From: Bdellovibrionia bacterium
GTDB taxonomy: Bacteria > Bdellovibrionota > UBA1018
Assembly (NCBI GenBank): GCA_045805065.1
Contig: JBJMMA010000051.1
Location: forward strand, 1-28,462
Direction: 5' to 3'
DNA length: 28,462 bases
Shown: positions 27,397 to 28,462 of the stretch, piece by piece
Numbering within the stretch: the stretch's first letter is position 1
Layout of the letters: the number at the start of each line of letters is the position of its first letter
Position numbers and translations under genes: made by a program
The notes under the pieces: generated by a model
The model's database searches: none
What the model was told of the DNA's origin: nothing
Seen by the model: the letters and a program-made list of their open reading frames with translations, nothing else

Positions 27397-28236
27397 GTGC
27401 GCGTGCCAATGTGCCGTCTTCTATTTGGAATTGCTCTGGTTTTGGCAGGCGGAATGGTCCAATCCGCTTTGGCCGCGGATCCGTGCGTTAAGGACTCGCT
27501 TCGTGCTCGGTTCAGTTCTTTCTTTTCCAAGCCTGCCGCTGAGTCGCATGCCCAACCCGCTGTTCAGAAGGAAGCTCTCAAGCCTATGATGACCCATGCT
27601 GCTGTTGCTTCTGCGGAAAAGCTGACGATCGATAGTGAAGTCAAAGCCGCAGGAATGATGCCGCGAGGATCCGCGGTGATGACGAGCGCTGGGTTGCTTG
27701 AAGCGCAGGGCATTCGCAATATCATCCATGCTGCAAGCGGAAGCATGACGAAGTCAGGACCAAAGTTTGGGCCTAACCTCGATGGCGTCGTCAACTCGGT
27801 TCACAATTCGCTTGAGCTGGCTCGTCGCAATGGACATCAACGCGTTGCTGTCCCTTTCATTGGTGGCAAGATTTTTATCGATAGCATTGGAATCCCGGCT
27901 CAAGAACTCGCTAATCAGATTGTCGATGCGGCCTTGAAGTCTCGTGGAAACCTTGAGCTACGCTTTGTCACTTTTGGAGCTGAGGATACGACGCTTTTTC
28001 AAAATGCGCTGAAGCGCCATGCAAGCGAAGTGTCGCCTCAGCTTGCTCAGGTTACTCCTGGATCGATTACTGATTTTAATGTCCATGGCGCGAGCGCAAT
28101 CATCAATGCTGCCAATATGGAAATTCAGTTTGGCGGTGGCTTGTCAGGTGCAATTGGGCGAGCAACAGGTCGCGCGGATCAGATCAACGGAGAAGCGCAA
28201 AAAGCGATTCGCGAGTTTTATCAAACTCATCAGTAA
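27397..28236 (+). CDS. Exported, circularly permuted macrodomain protein (279 aa)
   Basis: Signal peptide (...VQSALA-ADP). Macro motifs GSAVMTSAGLL, IIHAA, VAVPFIGG, RFVTF, GSITD and AIINAANMEIQFGGGLSGAI. Confidence 0.85.
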   Translation: MRVPMCRLLFGIALVLAGGMVQSALAADPCVKDSLRARFSSFFSKPAAESHAQPAVQKEALKPMMTHAAVASAEKLTIDSEVKAAGMMPRGSAVMTSAGLLEAQGIRNIIHAASGSMTKSGPKFGPNLDGVVNSVHNSLELARRNGHQRVAVPFIGGKIFIDSIGIPAQELANQIVDAALKSRGNLELRFVTFGAEDTTLFQNALKRHASEVSPQLAQVTPGSITDFNVHGASAIINAANMEIQFGGGLSGAIGRATGRADQINGEAQKAIREFYQTHQ

Positions 28237-28271
28237 ATCCCGGCGTTTGTGCCTGTTTGAGCTTTAAAAGC

Positions 28272-28308
28272 AAAAGGCCCGCGCAGGACAACCCGCGCGG
28301 GCCTTTTT
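28272..28308. terminator. Bidirectional intrinsic terminator
   Basis: AAAAGGCCCGCGC-loop-GCGCGGGCCTTTTT between convergent genes. Confidence 0.85.
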
Positions 28309-28336
28309 AATTAACTAAACCAGACACGGCTCCGGC

Positions 28337-28462
28337 TCACCACTCGTCACCGTCGCCGCCTCCGCGACGACCACGGTCACGATCTTTGCCGCGGTTATGG
28401 TCTCTGCCGCGTCCGCGATCACCGCGTCCGCCGCCTTCGCCGCCACCACCGAAACCGCCACC
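28337..28462 (-). CDS. Gly/Arg-rich C-terminus of a gene entering from the right (likely RNA-binding protein or helicase), partial
   Basis: Minus frame reads GGGFGGGGEGGGRGDRGRGRDHNRGKDRDRGRRGGGDGDEW*, with the stop just before the terminator. Confidence 0.65.
   Translation of the reverse strand, partial: GGGFGGGGEGGGRGDRGRGRDHNRGKDRDRGRRGGGDGDEW

Overview
Bacterial chromosomal window. Gene content and style suggest a Bdellovibrionota/Oligoflexia-like predator, but that is inference. Left: the tail of a GNAT gene, then a minus-strand flagellar-associated run (fliD, fliS, FlgN/FliT-like, TPR protein, small ORF, GT9 glycosyltransferase, hypothetical, exported di-heme cytochrome c). Between fliD and an LpoA/LppC-like lipoprotein gene sit two plus-strand accessory genes, bracketed by three copies of a ~140-bp palindromic element. 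Its ~58-nt core is conserved, shows compensatory base changes and presents CAGGATG/CAGGAAG (CsrA-site-like) hairpin loops. Centre: hemW-grpE-dnaK-dnaJ with no hrcA, then a tandem pair of exported cupredoxins, each with a sigma54-type promoter. Right: the most unusual locus, a cluster of signal-peptide-bearing versions of normally cytoplasmic enzymes. These are a CCA/poly(A)-polymerase-like nucleotidyltransferase fused to an ADP-ribosyltransferase-like domain, a 1594-aa triple-AAA+ (Clp-like) protein ending in an FtsH/M41-like peptidase, and a divergent, circularly permuted macrodomain. A second exported nucleotidyltransferase-like gene is the cargo between the palindromic repeats. All calls come from motif reading by eye; no searches were run.
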